Positions 1 through 9,082 of a DNA stretch of 32,000 nucleotides are shown in pieces; the stretch's first letter is position 1; each line of letters opens with the position of its first letter. A program made the translations under genes and the position numbers. Source of the DNA: an uncultured archaeon (lineage in GTDB: Archaea; Asgardarchaeota; Thorarchaeia; Thorarchaeales; Thorarchaeaceae); NCBI GenBank assembly GCA_964354495.1, contig CAYHAA010000002.1, forward strand, positions 1 through 32,000. Reading direction: 5' to 3'. The notes beneath the pieces were generated by a model, which was not told where the DNA came from, searched no databases, and saw nothing but the letters and a program-made list of their open reading frames with translations.

Positions 1-1560
1 ATAGTTGTAGTATCGGTAGTTGGCCATGTAGAAGTGAAGTTTCATGGTCCACCACCACTTCATCTCAGGCAGCCATTCGACGGAGCCTCCGTACATCTTA
101 TCACGAGCCTTCACCCACAGTTCCGATATTTTCTCGCCATCAAGGAACTTGCCCTTCTCAATTGCATCATATAGCCTGCTTTCAAACCATACTCTTGTTG
201 ACACCTGATACGCCGTGGCACCGAATCCGTCTAAGACTGCAGATAAGATTGCCTGCTTCTCTTCTCTTTTGTGAGCCTGAGCAAGAAGTCTCTCTGTCAA
301 CAGCAGTTCGCCGAATATTGAACCAGTCTCTGCAATGCAACTGCCAATATCGTAATTCGATGGTTTCTGAGCTCTTGTACCGAGATACGCGTGCATTGCG
401 TGTCCGAGTTCATGGGCTTGTGTGTAGAGATCTCCCATGACTCCGTTGAAGCTCTGAAGTATGTATGCACTCTTTCCTCCATGCCAAGTCGCACAGAATG
501 CGCCAGACCTTTTTCCATCACGTACTTGGCCGTCGATGTGACGCCGCTCGTACATCTCATCAATCCACGCACCTACTTCTTGATCAAAGTCCTTGTAGGC
601 AGCAAGAACGATTTGACGTGACTCATCCCAAGTGTATTTCTTATTCGGAGCGTTTGGCAGGGGCGCATCGATATCCCAATTTCCTAGTTTCCTGAGGCCC
701 ATAGCTTTTGCCTTGAGTTTCAGGTAACGGCGGTAGACATCCACATTTCCCTCTATTGTGTTCATGAGAGCTGTGACGGTTGCTTCATCGACGTCGTTGG
801 CGATGTAGCTCTGCGTCATTGGAGAAGGCCATTTCCTTATATCACACATAGTGAGGTGGTCTGAAAAAACCGAGCGTAGTGCTGACGCCCAGACTATTTC
901 ATCCTTGCCAAGGCCTTCATAGACTATTTGATGTGCTCTCTTTCGTAAATCCCGGTCTGAGTGTTCATAGAGTCCGATGATCTCACCATAAGGAAGAGCC
1001 TTCATCTCACCATCAATCTCTATGTTGTATGTGCGAGTGGCTAGCCAGTCTCCCTGCAACATGGACCATGCCCGAATCCCGTTTTTGTCCTTGGCAATGA
1101 CGACTTGTTCTTCTGCCTCTGTCAACATGTGAGGGATGTTTCTTCGAATCTTTTCGAGACTGTGCTTGTACTCTTCTAGGAGGGGATCATCTATGAGATT
1201 CGGATTCTCTGTTAGCAAGTTCCCCAGTTCGATTTCAAGAAAAGCCATGGCCTGCATAACGAGCGAGATAGCGTTTCTGAACCTGTCATAGAGCAGTTTC
1301 GCTGTGTCATTCCTCATGTCAGCGGTGTACATCAATCGAGCGTAGGCTATCGGGCCATCAAATTGAAGTTCCATTTCATTCATGGCGTCATAGAGCTCGC
1401 GAACTTGCTGTGCATCGTAGTTCTCGATTCTCCCATGATGCCTGTCTCGGAATTCCTCTGCTGCCTTGATAGCGGCAGTAAGACGCTCTTCAATGTAACC
1501 GGAATCATCAAAGTCGACCATCTGAGAGAGGTCCCAACTCATTTTCTCTGACTCGGTCAT
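1..1560 (-). CDS. pepF: M3B-family oligoendopeptidase F (3' end runs off the window)
   Basis: Hand translation of the minus strand from ATG 1560 (MTESEKMSWDLSQMV...) is open to position 1. It contains the zinc motif HELGH (about 404-418), GKRSGAFC, IAETGSIFGE and C-terminal HFYMANYRYYNY. The ORF track misses it because the stop lies outside the window. Confidence 0.93.
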   Translation of the reverse strand, partial: MTESEKMSWDLSQMVDFDDSGYIEERLTAAIKAAEEFRDRHHGRIENYDAQQVRELYDAMNEMELQFDGPIAYARLMYTADMRNDTAKLLYDRFRNAISLVMQAMAFLEIELGNLLTENPNLIDDPLLEEYKHSLEKIRRNIPHMLTEAEEQVVIAKDKNGIRAWSMLQGDWLATRTYNIEIDGEMKALPYGEIIGLYEHSDRDLRKRAHQIVYEGLGKDEIVWASALRSVFSDHLTMCDIRKWPSPMTQSYIANDVDEATVTALMNTIEGNVDVYRRYLKLKAKAMGLRKLGNWDIDAPLPNAPNKKYTWDESRQIVLAAYKDFDQEVGAWIDEMYERRHIDGQVRDGKRSGAFCATWHGGKSAYILQSFNGVMGDLYTQAHELGHAMHAYLGTRAQKPSNYDIGSCIAETGSIFGELLLTERLLAQAHKREEKQAILSAVLDGFGATAYQVSTRVWFESRLYDAIEKGKFLDGEKISELWVKARDKMYGGSVEWLPEMKWWWTMKLHFYMANYRYYNY

Positions 1561-1797
1561 GATAATCGTACCAAGTAGATGTGAATTCTCGTGTCTTATG
1601 AGTACTGTGTAGAAGGCATTAGCACCTGACAATCCATGATTCTTCATAGAATGAACTTGTGCAGAACAAGGTGTGTCTCGTGATTACGCCTCTTCAACCA
1701 ACTAATCCTAAATTGAATGGACGCAAATCCAAGGGGTTGAACGGACGTGAGATTTCTAATACAATTCCGCCAAAAATCAATCAGATATCTAGGCACT

Positions 1798-1806
1798 GGA
1801 ATTTAA
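1798..1806. repeat. Left copy of 9-bp target-site duplication GGAATTTAA
   Basis: Identical to 2806-2814 and abuts the left TIR. Confidence 0.92.
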
Positions 1807-2805
1807 GGCTCTGTGTGAAAAGTCGTTGAAGTGATACAAAGTGATGTGACCAGACTGACTGGGTCACATGGCTCATGACCTACCAGTCAGCATATGACGC
1901 AGCCAAGTCTCGTCACTCTCAGTTCTTGCTTGATGAATTTATCAAGCTTAGCACTATGGTACCACCCGGAACCTCCCCCTTCGGAAGACCTTCAGACTTC
2001 CCACTCCCAGCTCTCTTTGTTCTCCTCGGACTCAAGGTCGACTCGGGACTCAGCTACAGGATCTTTGTGGCTCAGCTCTCCTTCACCCCGCACCTCCTTG
2101 AACAACTCGGTCTTGCACGAGCTCCCAGCTACTCCATCCTCCACCAGGCACTGACGCGCCTGGACACCCACCTCCCCCACAGAATGTACCAGCTTCGTCC
2201 TCGGAAGAGACCTCCTCCCAGGAACCTTGCTGTGGACTCCACCGGGTTCTCTCACTCCACTGGGGGAGAGTGGATGTCGCTGCAGTTCAAGAAGACCTTG
2301 AAACGGCGTTTCACTGCACTTCACGCAGTGGTCGACACTGACACCTTGATGGTCCAGTCTGTCCGAGTGCGGGCACGACCCGGAGGAGATGCAGAAGAAC
2401 TGGTCCCGCTGCTGAGACGAGTACCACACCAGAGTCTTGAGACTGTCTATGGTGACAAGGCCTACATCTCAAGGAGGAATGTCCAGTTCATAGATGAGCT
2501 CGGAGCGTATCCTGCCTCCGAACCAAAGAAGAATCTGGGAGTGAACTCCAGAGGCCACCGAGCATACGGACAGTTGATGCGAGAGTATCGCTCCAATGCT
2601 GAGGAGTGGAAGAGGAGACACACCTATGGAAAGAGAAGCCTTGTGGAGACCGTGTTTAGCATGATGAAAGTGAGACTCACCGGGAGCCTGAGGTCAAGGA
2701 GGTCCAAAGAGCAGAGAAGAGAGGTGCTGATCAAAGTGGTTCTTCACAACATAGGATGCCTGAACTTCTTGGAGTGTGACGGGAGGTGACTTTTCACACA
2801 GAGTC
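1807..2805 (+). mobile_element. Complete IS5-family insertion sequence (IS903-group-like), 999 bp
   Basis: Left TIR GGCTCTGTGTGAAAAGTC (1807-1824) matches the reverse complement of right TIR GACTTTTCACACAGAGTC (2788-2805) at 17/18 positions. It is flanked by a perfect 9-bp direct repeat and carries a single DDE transposase ORF. Confidence 0.93.
1875..2789 (+). CDS. IS5-family DDE transposase
   Basis: 304 aa with AVDSTGF (D), YGDKAY (D) and RSLVETVFSMMK (E) motifs. The stop codon overlaps the right TIR. Confidence 0.92.
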   Translation: MTYQSAYDAAKSRHSQFLLDEFIKLSTMVPPGTSPFGRPSDFPLPALFVLLGLKVDSGLSYRIFVAQLSFTPHLLEQLGLARAPSYSILHQALTRLDTHLPHRMYQLRPRKRPPPRNLAVDSTGFSHSTGGEWMSLQFKKTLKRRFTALHAVVDTDTLMVQSVRVRARPGGDAEELVPLLRRVPHQSLETVYGDKAYISRRNVQFIDELGAYPASEPKKNLGVNSRGHRAYGQLMREYRSNAEEWKRRHTYGKRSLVETVFSMMKVRLTGSLRSRRSKEQRREVLIKVVLHNIGCLNFLECDGR

Positions 2806-2814
2806 GGAATTTAA
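2806..2814. repeat. Right copy of 9-bp target-site duplication GGAATTTAA
   Basis: Identical to 1798-1806. Confidence 0.92.
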
Positions 2815-2820
2815 CCAACG

Positions 2821-2828
2821 CTTAAATA
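2821..2828 (+). promoter_or_regulatory. Putative TATA box (CTTAAATA) of the ABC operon
   Basis: TTAAATA lies about 60 nt upstream of ATG 2889. A similar GCTTAAAT lies upstream of the gene at 15008. Confidence 0.5.
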
Positions 2829-2888
2829 GCGCCTCTGGTGTTGAAAAGATTACATCTCAATTGGAGAGGAGATGAAGGAGACAAATCT

Positions 2889-4274
2889 ATGGAAACTAAA
2901 AAGATCGTTGCCATAGCTCTCATCGTCATAATCATAGCAGGCGTAGGTGCTGGGTTGTATCTAATGCTACCTGCAGCTCCCTATGGTGCAATAGTCATAG
3001 GTCAGCTAGTCACACCTGGCGCTCCTGCTGGCACTCCTCAGAATCGGATCATCGTCGTAGGAATCCTAGATCCTATGACTGAGATCCAAGGCGAAGGAGC
3101 ATGGATGGGAGCTTATTTGGCGTGCGATGAAATAAACACTGCTGGCGGTGTAACCGTTGGCGGTGAAACGTACTACTTCGGGCTTGTCGCAGAAGACACG
3201 TATGAGTCTGAGGCTAGTCTTGATATATCTAAAGGGACTGCAGCTGCAACGAAGATAGTCACAGAAGATGGTGCTCAATTCATAATAGGCGGATTCAGAA
3301 CGGAATCATTACTGGCATATGAAGAAATCATTATGGCCGAGAAGATGCTCCTCTTTGGAACGGGTGCTTCTACTGATATATTCTGTTCACATGTGCTTGC
3401 TAACTATTCCATTTACAAGTACTTCTTCCGTACCATGCCAATAAACTCCACGTCATTAGCACGGTCACTACTGAAGTACATACTATATCTGGATGGCTAT
3501 CTTACCGCAGTAACGGCACAGAATATCTCTAAAGTCGCTATCATCCGCGAAGATCTCACTTGGACAGAGGGTATGAGTGCTTTCCTCAACGGATACCTGC
3601 CGGGGTACGGCCTGTCTATCGTAAAGGAGGTTGCTTACCCAATCACGGCTGAGGCTGCTGACTTTGCAACATACTGGCAGCAGATTGATGCTGCGGGGGC
3701 TCAAATAACAATTCCCATCATCTCTGCACAAGGTGGAATACTCATGACCACCCAGTATGCCTCGGTTCAGCCAAAGACTATCATGGCTGGTATTGACGTG
3801 ATGAGCCAACTTGACACCTACTGGAATGAGACTGGTGGCGCTTGTCAGTATGAGGTCCAAATACAGTCAACGCTCCGGACCAACAAGACAGCACTGACAA
3901 TTCCATTCTGGGATGCCTTTGTTGAGAAGTATGGCTCAGAACCCCTCTATACTGCAGTAGGGAGCTATGACTCCATGTATATACTAGCAGAAGGTATTGA
4001 CCGAGCTCAGTCATTTAACTCGACATTGATTATTCCCTATCTGGAAGCTATGAATGTCACTACTCCGTGGATAGGTGCGGGTGGAAACATTGCTTTCACT
4101 CCAAGCCATGATCTGTTTGAAGGATACATCGGCCCCAAAATCTACAGCGTGACATTGTTCTGTCAATGGCAGGCTGGTGGCCACAAGGAATGTGTGTCAA
4201 CAGGAGGCTTGGTCTATCCGGACTCGATCGTGACAGCACCATTGGTACTTCCGTCTTGGGGCATAAATCCATAG
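2889..4274 (+). CDS. Branched-chain amino acid (Liv)-type ABC transporter substrate-binding protein, N-terminal membrane anchor
   Basis: ATG 2889 follows a GAAGGAG RBS and begins a hydrophobic segment (KKIVAIALIVIIIAGVGAGLYL). Periplasmic-binding-protein type I features include GAYLACDEINTAGG and FIIGGFRTE. It is the first gene of a Liv-like operon. Confidence 0.88.
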   Translation: METKKIVAIALIVIIIAGVGAGLYLMLPAAPYGAIVIGQLVTPGAPAGTPQNRIIVVGILDPMTEIQGEGAWMGAYLACDEINTAGGVTVGGETYYFGLVAEDTYESEASLDISKGTAAATKIVTEDGAQFIIGGFRTESLLAYEEIIMAEKMLLFGTGASTDIFCSHVLANYSIYKYFFRTMPINSTSLARSLLKYILYLDGYLTAVTAQNISKVAIIREDLTWTEGMSAFLNGYLPGYGLSIVKEVAYPITAEAADFATYWQQIDAAGAQITIPIISAQGGILMTTQYASVQPKTIMAGIDVMSQLDTYWNETGGACQYEVQIQSTLRTNKTALTIPFWDAFVEKYGSEPLYTAVGSYDSMYILAEGIDRAQSFNSTLIIPYLEAMNVTTPWIGAGGNIAFTPSHDLFEGYIGPKIYSVTLFCQWQAGGHKECVSTGGLVYPDSIVTAPLVLPSWGINP

Positions 4275-4308
4275 GTCATACGAATATAGACACCAATTGA
4301 TAACAACA

Positions 4309-4340
4309 CCCCCCTTTTTTGAGGGGGGCCTTTCTTGTTT
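4309..4340 (+). terminator. Stem-loop plus T-rich tract after the substrate-binding gene
   Basis: CCCCCCT-TTTTTG-AGGGGGG (7-bp stem) followed by CCTTTCTTGTTT. Confidence 0.6.
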
Positions 4341-4374
4341 CGAAACAACTCCTAGTCATCCGGTGCAATGAAAG

Positions 4375-5268
4375 GTGAACACATTGTTCGAAGAAATACT
4401 GATATTTGGCACGATTCAAGGAGCACTCCTGGCTCTCCTAGCCTTGGGATTCTCTTTGGTATATGGCGTGGGAGGACTGTTGAATCTAGCTCATGGAGCA
4501 TTCTTCCTCATTACAGCTTACATACTCTATTGGACTATCCCCCTCTTGGCGGTAATTCCTGGACTATCCTACTATCCCCTGCTTTTCGGGATAGCAGCAG
4601 CTATCAGTTTGATCTGCGTAGTAGCGATTGGAGCAGTCACGTACCTCGGTCTCATGAAGCCACTACAAAAGTCGCACATCGCCGTCGTAATAGTAACATT
4701 CGCATTGGCTTTTTTTTTTGAGCAGTTTGTTAGATTCGTAGGAGATCCAAAGACTCATTATATTCTGCCGCCTGTTCCAGGAACCGTCACACTCCTTGGA
4801 GTAGCATTTCCAGCTCAGTTGCTGGCGTTGGTGTTTGGATCTGTGATACTTGTCACGTTGGTGACCCTATTCATCAGTAAATCGAAGATAGGGAAGTCAA
4901 TTCGGGCAGTATCTCAAGATCTTGAAGCGGCAAAACTGGTTGGAATTAACACCGATAAGGTCATGATGACTAGCCTAATGATATCAGCATTGCTTGTTGG
5001 GTTTGCTGCAATCTTATACGCTCCAGGGAATTATATCGCCCCAAGAATCGGTTGGGGATATCTTTTACTTGCGTTTTCAGTAACAATCTTTGGAGGTATG
5101 GGCAGTATTCCAGGGAGCATTCTTGGTGCATTTGTAATGGGATATGCGACAACGCTAACTGACTATCTCATAAGCCCGAGTTTCTCTGAGATAGTCCCGC
5201 TTATTGTGATACTAGTAATGCTATTGGTCAGACCACAAGGACTGCTGGGAAAGAAGGGGCTGCAATAA
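4375..5268 (+). CDS. livH: Liv-type ABC permease (LivH-like)
   Basis: GTG start, hydrophobic protein, LGFSLVYGVGGLLNLAHG, IGKSIRAVSQDLEAAKLVGIN and GGMGSIPGSILG motifs. Confidence 0.92.
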   Translation: MNTLFEEILIFGTIQGALLALLALGFSLVYGVGGLLNLAHGAFFLITAYILYWTIPLLAVIPGLSYYPLLFGIAAAISLICVVAIGAVTYLGLMKPLQKSHIAVVIVTFALAFFFEQFVRFVGDPKTHYILPPVPGTVTLLGVAFPAQLLALVFGSVILVTLVTLFISKSKIGKSIRAVSQDLEAAKLVGINTDKVMMTSLMISALLVGFAAILYAPGNYIAPRIGWGYLLLAFSVTIFGGMGSIPGSILGAFVMGYATTLTDYLISPSFSEIVPLIVILVMLLVRPQGLLGKKGLQ

Positions 5269-5271
5269 CCA

Positions 5272-6273
5272 ATGGTGAGACTTCAGTTCGATGGGCAGTC
5301 GCTCGTGAATCGCTTCAGGTCTCTCGTGAGTCGTTTCAGAGTCTGGGCGTTCTCATTTCGAGGAGGCATAACACTGCTCTGCTTAGTGGGATTACTACTG
5401 ATTCCACTTACTGGAAGGGAGTATCTAGCGAAAATCGTTATCACTGCAATGATACTAGCAATCTTTGCTGCCAGCTGGGATCTTCTGGCAGGTTTTGCAG
5501 GACAGACCAGCTTCGGGCATGCAGCCTTCTTTGGCATATCCGGATACTTTACGGCAGCATTCGTGAAATTCTTTGGGGTTCCTTGGTTTGTTGCGATTTT
5601 TATTGGTGCCGGTTGGGCAGTGATATTCAGTCTGTTAATAGGGATTCCATGTCTAAGACTGAAGGGACCGTATTTGGCTCTCGGGACTCTGGCATTTGCG
5701 CTGATTCTCTACAATCTATTCTTGACAGGGACCTGGCTTGGTGGTACAGAGGGCATCTCTGCGTTGCCCAATATTGGAGATGTCTTTGTTGTTTTCTATA
5801 TCATAGCAGCTTTCATGGTCGCTTCATTAGTCATTATGCGTGCCATTGTCGATTCAAGACTTGGTACAATCCTCAAAGCAATTAGAGATGATGAGGTAGG
5901 AGCAGACGCTACGGGGATCAATACGACTGTCTACAAACTTATCGCATTCATGGTGAGTGGTCTATTCGCAGGAATAGCAGGCGCTCTTTTCGTCTTGGAC
6001 ACAACTGCGGTGAATCCCGCTCTCTATCAGCCACTCTACTCCTTCTATGCAATTGTAATGGCCTCTATTGGAGGGATTGCGACAATCTATGGATCAATCG
6101 TTGGAGCATTCCTGTTTACATTACTGGGCGAGTTCCTGAGACCGCTAGCAGCAGCTTCGTTGCTGATATTCGCCACAATTCTGATTCTTATTATCCGTTT
6201 TGCTGAATCAGGTGTTATGAATCCGGTCCTAGGGCGTGTACAGGATCTATGGGATAAGATACGAGGAAGGTAA
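5272..6273 (+). CDS. livM: Liv-type ABC permease (LivM-like)
   Basis: GFAGQTSFGHAAFFG, LRLKGPYLALGTL and LKAIRDDEVGADATGIN motifs. Confidence 0.92.
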   Translation: MVRLQFDGQSLVNRFRSLVSRFRVWAFSFRGGITLLCLVGLLLIPLTGREYLAKIVITAMILAIFAASWDLLAGFAGQTSFGHAAFFGISGYFTAAFVKFFGVPWFVAIFIGAGWAVIFSLLIGIPCLRLKGPYLALGTLAFALILYNLFLTGTWLGGTEGISALPNIGDVFVVFYIIAAFMVASLVIMRAIVDSRLGTILKAIRDDEVGADATGINTTVYKLIAFMVSGLFAGIAGALFVLDTTAVNPALYQPLYSFYAIVMASIGGIATIYGSIVGAFLFTLLGEFLRPLAAASLLIFATILILIIRFAESGVMNPVLGRVQDLWDKIRGR

Positions 6274-6274
6274 G

Positions 6275-7015
6275 ATGGGTCTGATCTTAGAAGTAAAGAA
6301 TCTGACGAAGAAATTCGGCGGACTGACTGCTGTCAATGATGTCAATTTCGAGGTACACCGTGGAGAGATTCTGGGCCTCATTGGACCCAATGGAGCTGGT
6401 AAGACCACGCTTTTTCAATTGATATCAGGCTTTGAAAAATCCAACTCGGGTTCCGTCCGTTTTAACGGAGTGGACATAACGGGAAAAAGGCCTTATCAGA
6501 TTGTCAATCTGGGGATGGCTCGAACTTTTCAATTGGTTCGCTCGTTTCGTTATCTGAGCCTTCTTGACAATATATCAGTTGCTTGCCTCTCACCTCGCGG
6601 AAAGGAGGCATTTGGAGAAATCGGAATAGATGCGGCTGCGAGTTCGATCCTAGCGTCAGTTGGCCTAGTAGACAAAGCCAGACTTCCTCCAGTAATCTTG
6701 CCTCATGGGGATTTGAGAAAACTCGAAATAGGAAAGGCGCTTGGTACAAATCCAGAGTTTCTTCTTCTTGATGAACCATTTAGCGGTCTTGCTCATGAAG
6801 AAAGAGCAGGTATAACTAAACTGATTCAACAGCTAACTGACGAAGGTGTTACTATTCTCATGACTGGACATGTTCTGCATGAGTTAATGACACTAGTACC
6901 CAGAGTCATTGCCATGCATCAAGGAAGGTTGATTGCAGAAGGACCACCCAAGGAGGTCGCAAACAACAGGATTGTTCTTGAGGCATACTTAGGCAGAGGT
7001 GAAGAGTTTGCTTGA
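6275..7015 (+). CDS. livG: Liv-type ABC ATP-binding protein (LivG-like)
   Basis: ATG 6275 is 1 nt after the livM stop. Contains KKFGGLTAVNDV, Walker A GPNGAGKTT and Walker B LLLDEP. Confidence 0.93.
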   Translation: MGLILEVKNLTKKFGGLTAVNDVNFEVHRGEILGLIGPNGAGKTTLFQLISGFEKSNSGSVRFNGVDITGKRPYQIVNLGMARTFQLVRSFRYLSLLDNISVACLSPRGKEAFGEIGIDAAASSILASVGLVDKARLPPVILPHGDLRKLEIGKALGTNPEFLLLDEPFSGLAHEERAGITKLIQQLTDEGVTILMTGHVLHELMTLVPRVIAMHQGRLIAEGPPKEVANNRIVLEAYLGRGEEFA

Positions 7016-7712
7016 GCTGAAGAAAGTCTATCATTATTATGGAAAAGCAAAAGCTCTCGAAGAGATCAATCTCACAGTGGAAGCCAATACACTAGATGCC
7101 GTAATTGGTCCAAATGGTGCTGGAAAATCCACTCTACTTCGAGCTATCTCGGGACTTGAGGAGATAGACCGCGGCAGAATCATCTTCGAGGGAGAGAGAA
7201 TCGATGAACTGAAGGCGCATGAGATTGCTCGAAGGGGTATTGCTCATTGTCCAGAACGTAGGCGATTGTTCTATGATATGACTGTCATGGAGAATATTGA
7301 GCTTGGCGCATACACTTTGAAAGACAAAGCAAAGTATTCAAAGCTCTTGGACTCTGTGTTTGAGATTTTTCCAAGACTCCATGAACGAATCAAACAAAGA
7401 GCTGGTACTCTGAGTGGCGGTGAACAACAAATGCTGGCCATCGCCAGGTCACTGATGGCCAATCCGAAATTCCTGCTTCTGGACGAACCTTCACTGGGCC
7501 TTGCGCCAAGGGTGAAAGACAGGATTTTTGAAGCCATAAAACAGATAAAAGAAGAGGGGACCACGACTCTCTTGGTCGAACAGGATGCAGTATTGGCAAT
7601 GGAAGTCGCCGATACCATTCATGTCCTTGAAGATGGAAAGATTGAGATGAGTGGAACAAGAGAAGAACTCGAAAGGGAGCCTCGAATCAAGAGAGTATAC
7701 CTTGGGATCTAG
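6999..7712 (+). CDS. livF: Liv-type ABC ATP-binding protein (LivF-like)
   Basis: GPNGAGKST, LSGGEQQMLAIA, LLLDEPSLGLAP. Overlaps the livG end. Confidence 0.93.
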   Translation: MKSLLELKKVYHYYGKAKALEEINLTVEANTLDAVIGPNGAGKSTLLRAISGLEEIDRGRIIFEGERIDELKAHEIARRGIAHCPERRRLFYDMTVMENIELGAYTLKDKAKYSKLLDSVFEIFPRLHERIKQRAGTLSGGEQQMLAIARSLMANPKFLLLDEPSLGLAPRVKDRIFEAIKQIKEEGTTTLLVEQDAVLAMEVADTIHVLEDGKIEMSGTREELEREPRIKRVYLGI

Positions 7713-7723
7713 GAGGTATCATA

Positions 7724-9067
7724 ATGTCAGCATCTTTGGAAGACCTTCTGCGTGATGCGAAAGTTGAGCTAGTTGTAGCAAGAGCAGAGAAGGATTCAAG
7801 CATCATAAGTGAGATAGTTAAATGTCTAACTAGCGACATTCGAACAATTCGATTCAATGCAGCACTGTCCCTAGGAGAACTAGGTGAAAAAGCCGCCAGC
7901 AGTGTTTCGGAACTAGTAGACTGCCTAGAGGATAATGATTGGAGTATCTGTCGAGAAGCCACAAAATCGCTTGGAAAAATCGGGGAGGCCGCAGTTGATG
8001 CTACCCCTAAATTATCTTTCCTACTGACTGATCAAGAAATATCAATTAGAAGAGAGGCAGCAATCTCGCTAGGCAAAATAGGAATTGCTTCAGATGAGGC
8101 TATTTCAAGACTGATTGCAGCCCTTGATGATCAGGATGAAGAGGTTCGAACTGAAGCTGCAAAGACCCTAGGAAAAATGGGACATGGTGCACACAAAGCG
8201 GTCCCAAGATTGATACAGAGTCTGAGAGATCCGGGTTGGACCATAAGGACAGCATCGGCTCAAGCTATAGAGAAAATTGGCAAAGGCTCAAGCGAGGCAA
8301 TTCCAACTCTAATCAACACTCTGGAGGACGATGATTGGAGAGTTCGATATAGGTCTATGAACACCCTTGTTCAAATTGGCGAGCCAGCTATCCCATCGAT
8401 TCTAGAAGTTCTTAACCACCCGAATCCCGTTGTCCGGCAGGGGGCAATAGAAGCTTTAGGTGAGATGAAAGTATCTGACAAGAAGATAGTTGGCTCAATA
8501 GCCTCACTGCTGGAAGACAAAGTTGAGAGTGTTCGTGGAAAAGCAGCTGATGCGCTCCGGTCAATTGGAAGAGATGCGATTCCTTCACTAGTGAACTCAT
8601 ATACCTTGGCTAATAACAAAATGAAGATCATAATCATCTCTACGATTGGAGGCATTGGCAAGGAGGCTATAGATGCAATTCCAACTCTAATCGCGATTTT
8701 GAAAGGCGTTGGGACTGACATTCGTGCAGAAGCCGCCAGTGCATTGGGCAGAATCGGAGTTCCAGAGGATTCGGTCGTCCAAGCATTGATGGATGCTCTG
8801 ACAGACAAGGAGAGCATTGTGCGTCGTGAAGCTGCACTGAGTCTTGGAAAACTAGGTGCATCTGCTTCTGCTTCAATTCCTGCCCTTGTGGTTGCATTGG
8901 GCGATAAGAAACCTGATGTTAGATGGCGTGCATCAGAGGCTCTTGGAAAGGTAGGAGCATCAAATGCTAACCTTATTCCAGCTTTAACGAATTTGCTCAG
9001 TGACGAGTATGACTATGTTTCTGAGGCTGCTCAGGAAGCACTTGACTTAATAGGTGGAGAGCAATAA
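7724..9067 (+). CDS. HEAT/PBS-lyase-repeat alpha-solenoid protein
   Basis: Roughly 13 repeats of 31-33 aa of the type VRxxAAxALGxIG...AIPxLIxxLxD. GGAGGT RBS, 11 nt after the livF stop. Confidence 0.9.
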   Translation: MSASLEDLLRDAKVELVVARAEKDSSIISEIVKCLTSDIRTIRFNAALSLGELGEKAASSVSELVDCLEDNDWSICREATKSLGKIGEAAVDATPKLSFLLTDQEISIRREAAISLGKIGIASDEAISRLIAALDDQDEEVRTEAAKTLGKMGHGAHKAVPRLIQSLRDPGWTIRTASAQAIEKIGKGSSEAIPTLINTLEDDDWRVRYRSMNTLVQIGEPAIPSILEVLNHPNPVVRQGAIEALGEMKVSDKKIVGSIASLLEDKVESVRGKAADALRSIGRDAIPSLVNSYTLANNKMKIIIISTIGGIGKEAIDAIPTLIAILKGVGTDIRAEAASALGRIGVPEDSVVQALMDALTDKESIVRREAALSLGKLGASASASIPALVVALGDKKPDVRWRASEALGKVGASNANLIPALTNLLSDEYDYVSEAAQEALDLIGGEQ

Positions 9068-9082
9068 GACAAGTCGAATAAG

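Noticed and set aside
162-1551. Short ORFs 162-440, 297-572, 391-621, 465-695 and 1363-1551
   Set aside because: All are antisense or out-of-frame shadows of the pepF frame, which has clear motifs.
2160-2230. Possible decay of the transposase (Pro-rich stretch before the first Asp)
   Set aside because: The frame is open and the DDE residues are intact. Decay cannot be judged without other copies.
1950-2730. Pyrimidine-rich 5' half and purine-rich 3' half of the transposase gene, suggesting long-range RNA pairing
   Set aside because: Explained by amino-acid composition (Leu/Pro/Ser vs Arg/Lys/Glu). I found only short, bulged complementarity.
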